Part shown: in pieces, positions 60,501 to 64,000 of the stretch | Position numbering within the stretch: position 1 is the first letter of the stretch | Layout of the letters: each line of letters begins with the position of its first letter | Assembly (NCBI GenBank): GCA_002633005.1 | Contig: NMRA01000829.1 | Span: 66,232-130,231, forward strand | Direction of reading: 5' to 3' | Length of the DNA stretch: 64,000 bases | Source of the DNA: Phoronis australis | Lineage: Eukaryota > Animalia > Phoronida | Translations under genes and position numbers: made by a program | Notes under the pieces: model-generated | What the model was told of the DNA's origin: nothing | Database searches by the model: none | What the model saw: the letters and a program-made list of their open reading frames with translations, nothing else

Positions 60501-62129
60501 CATTTTCGCAAGGTTTCTCTAATTTTATTTTTTAAACTCGTGAGTGCGAGGTCATAATTAATCGCTACTTTGATTTAATACTTTCATAAGGTAACTGTGA
60601 ATGAAGTTAGCTCCGCCTACTGCGCATTGTGCTATGAGTTCTGTGAATACTATTTTGTTTATGAATGACCGAGTGCGCTCAGGTCCCTGAGACTGAGCCT
60701 AGGTTATACAGCATGTGCGAATATTGTCACACTGGTCAGATGTGTTCTAGTCATTGCGCGAGTCTCAAGACATCATTAAGGTAACATTTACTGTCATTTG
60801 CCGTTTTGCTTGCAATTTGTCTTTAAATGCGTTCTACTTTGCGAATTATGTGTCCGCGAACTGTTACTGAATATTTTGCGTCTTCCAGTTCCACTGACGG
60901 ACGGACAGACACACATGTCAGTTGAAATGCGTTGCGAAATAAAGCGTCCCGTGTAACATGTAGTTTGACTGGCATGCAGCTACAGTAACTACAGAGTCAT
61001 TTTGGTTCTTATTGCGTTAGCATACAGCCTGTTTTTAGACTTACATCAACAAACATTGTAAAACATTACATTTTTCGTTATTTGCAACAGTTGGCTTCCC
61101 AACATATTTTTTGTTAACCGGGTGAACCATTTAATGTAGCAGAATAACTTAAAAATTGTTAATGTAAATTTAGAAGACAGCTTTAAATAAGCCAAACAAA
61201 TGAATGCAAATGTAAAGGTGCAGCATAGATCACTGCATTTATAATTTGTTTCAGATGAAGAAGTAAGGGAATGTCGTTTTCATCACATGGTGTTTAGTTC
61301 TGCTAAAATAAGATTTTTCTAATAGATCGTCTGAAAGGTATTTCATGTAACTAAAATTACTTATTTTTCAAATTTTGCCACACAATATCTTTGTAAATTC
61401 AAAATTTATTTCTTGGTAATGTCAATGATATGGTAATACCTTTTCAGCTATTGTTTCATTATTGTTTCGTAATGTCTATTCAAAATGTGGTGAGATGGAG
61501 ATTAGCCGATCCTGTATTCCGATGAACCCTTGATAGTCTATAGTGCAAAGGAAATTTTAGTATTCGAAGGACTGTTAGTCTGAAGGTGATTTGGGTGATG
61601 ACGTTGCATCAGAGCTTATAGAAGACTGTTGTTTTAGTGCTGTTGAGCACAGTTGAGAATTATTATGAACGCAAATGATAAAGACTTTGTTTTGAAAATG
61701 CAAGGTTCTTTCGGGATTTTTTTCTTGCCATCCTAGCCCTGCCACCCAACAATCGTGGTCATGGTATTGTCGTCACTGTATGAGTTGGTCATCCAATTTT
61801 GTTGATTTTAACAGCGTCTCATATATTCATGACACCTGAAAACCTGATGCTTGCAACAGAAAAGTTCAAAGAATCTATAAACTACCTCTAATTCGTGTTT
61901 TCACTGTTTTCATCGCAATATAGACTTGCAAAGCCGTTGGATAAACACTGCCATTGGTCATGAACACATATTCAGAGCGTTTCCACCTACACAAAGTTAT
62001 GATTCGCTAGTAACCTAGTTGAACTTAAAAGATCTTCCGCGATACTTTATCTTTCACATGCAACGAGAGATCCTGCCTAGAGATGGAGCTGTTGGAAATT
62101 CTTAGCAAATAGAAAAGTATTGAGTACAC

Positions 62130-62600
62130 AATCTTTCAAATATCTCTTAGCTAATTCCTTCCACGTTAGACTGGACTCTCTGCAATACTGGTGACATACC
62201 AGTGCTTGGTTCCATTTAAATACTGCCCGATATCTTGCACTTTATTGTGCTGAACGAGGCCGTCACAAATATGAGGGTGGCTCGACGCGAACGATGACAC
62301 TATGTCGCAACCCGTGAGAAATGGTAAAACAAGATCATAAGGAACTTTTCTGGAGATTCATTGCCGGTATCCGTTGAGGTAGCTTACACGAAAAGCATAC
62401 CGAAGTACCCAATGCCCGAGTTTTTGCAGTATTGGGAAGGTACAGACAGAAATCACGAGGACACCTGTGTCATTGGCACAAATCTTGTTTGTTTTTACGC
62501 TTTCCTTTAAAACATGATTAACAATTAGGAAAATTCTTGTGCCACTACCCTCGTGATGGTTGCTGAGGGCACCTGAGGCCAGGTGCATGAAACAGTGCCA
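62130..62600 (-). pseudogene. Academ-type DNA transposon remnant (XPG/FEN1-like nuclease region), heavily decayed
   Basis: LSNHHEGSGTRIFL...ICANDTGVLVI (HEEADTR / DTDV motifs), then TGCDIVSSF and LVQH...WNQAL across frameshifts. Confidence 0.65.
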
Positions 62601-64000
62601 GCAGGAACTCTGCTATGATTCCTTAAATTTTCTGCGCATGTGCAGACTTTCTTAATATACTTTCCTCTATTTTTTGTTGTTAGATCCTCTTTACTTATTG
62701 CATTTCTAAATATGCAAACAGGCACCAGTATCTGTAGGTTTGTGAAAAATTAAAGTACGCAACCCACCGTCGGAATAATTCACAAGGACATCGAGAAAAG
62801 GCAACTTCTCAGAGACAGGCAATTCATACGTGAACTTTAGTATAATGTTAGTTTCGAGAAAGTCAGAGGAGACAGCAGTTGATCACGCAAACAATATACA
62901 AAGCTATTATCGAGTTTAAGGTGGACCCAATCGATAAGTCTGTACATTTTAGTCAAAAACATTTGACTAAAAAGTATATACTTATCGATTAAATCCTCCA
63001 TGATTATATATCTGTATGATCTGGTGATTACTTGTAGAGGTGATATTCTGTGTGTGAGTATGAAGCTCTCCTTCACCAAGTACGTCCCATAAGCTCTGCA
63101 CAGCAGCTTAAGGGATGAGGACAATTTCAGCATGTAAGCTGTTGTACATGTAATATGGCTAGGTGGTATTCACGTATATTTGCCGAACTTTTGTAAAAAT
63201 CAAAATTGCCTGGAATGTTCTGGTGAACATATATGTGTGTTTGAATGATTTTCAATTTGATTCTTGGAAATTAAGAGAAAAATTTGAAAGGTACACCTAG
63301 TTTGTGGGTAGTTTGTTTATATTTGCAGCCCTTCGTCTGGTATGACGTCTTGACTTTTTGGGAACCTGTTTCTGTAAGCAGCTTTGGTGTCATGGTTCCA
63401 GTTGTTCAGCGAACTTTGGTTCTGAGAGAGGTAACTATTTTATTTCCAATGTGTTTGGTGAAATATTGCATGTGTAAAAAAACTAATAGATACGGCAGCG
63501 TTCTCCGTATGAGTTTATGTGGTAATATTTCTAACTGCATTGCGAATTCTTGATATTTATACTATACCGATTTTTGGACTATTAAAAGATAATAACAACA
63601 GCTTCATTATCCACTGCAGCTCTGAAGCACTTGTTAACCCAATTTTTCTGTGTGACTAGATTTATCTGCAAGCAGTGGATATTTGAAAATTCCTCATATA
63701 TTCAAGTGGCACATTTTTTATTCCCCTAATATGGTAGCGAGAGGTGGCCCTGTGTGTTGTCTATTCTGCCAATGTCAAGCTCAGAAATTAAACCAAGTCA
63801 TAAAATAATTATCGATAACATACTGAATGATAAAGAATGAAACTGACACTGAAGAAACGAATTTTCGGGTATTATTCTGGATGAGTTAGATTTTCAAATC
63901 AACTTAAAATGCACTTTGTAACATATTAAAAATGTTAAATAGCCTTTATTTACATATAACTTGATATTTAACTAGCAATACAATTTAGGCATTTGGAAAA

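Overview
AT-rich (roughly 37% GC by eye) eukaryotic, intron-containing genomic DNA, probably from a marine invertebrate; the repeat content looks molluscan/lophotrochozoan, which is an inference. Two protein-coding genes can be assembled by hand from GT-AG exons with matching phases. (1) A complete 32-exon ABCA-family full transporter of the ABCA5 clade on the + strand (18386-51875; 5220 nt CDS, 1739 aa by my exon sum). (2) A divergent organic solute transporter alpha (OSTa/SLC51A)-like 7-TM gene on the - strand (2020 to about 9873, 5' end unresolved), which the ORF track shows only as fragments. The two genes are head-to-head, about 8.5 kb apart, and both proteins end in class I PDZ-binding motifs. 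Introns and intergenic DNA hold many transposon relics: HINE/DINE-1-like elements, PIF/Harbinger and hAT-like MITEs, and LINE, Penelope, Academ, THAP and SWIM remnants, plus mini- and microsatellites. The most unusual local structures are a triplicated 3' splice site at ABCA exon 10, where only the most distal acceptor gives an intact frame, and a tandem M-box (TCATGTGA) array in ABCA intron 24. All protein identifications come from recalled family motifs; no database search was run.
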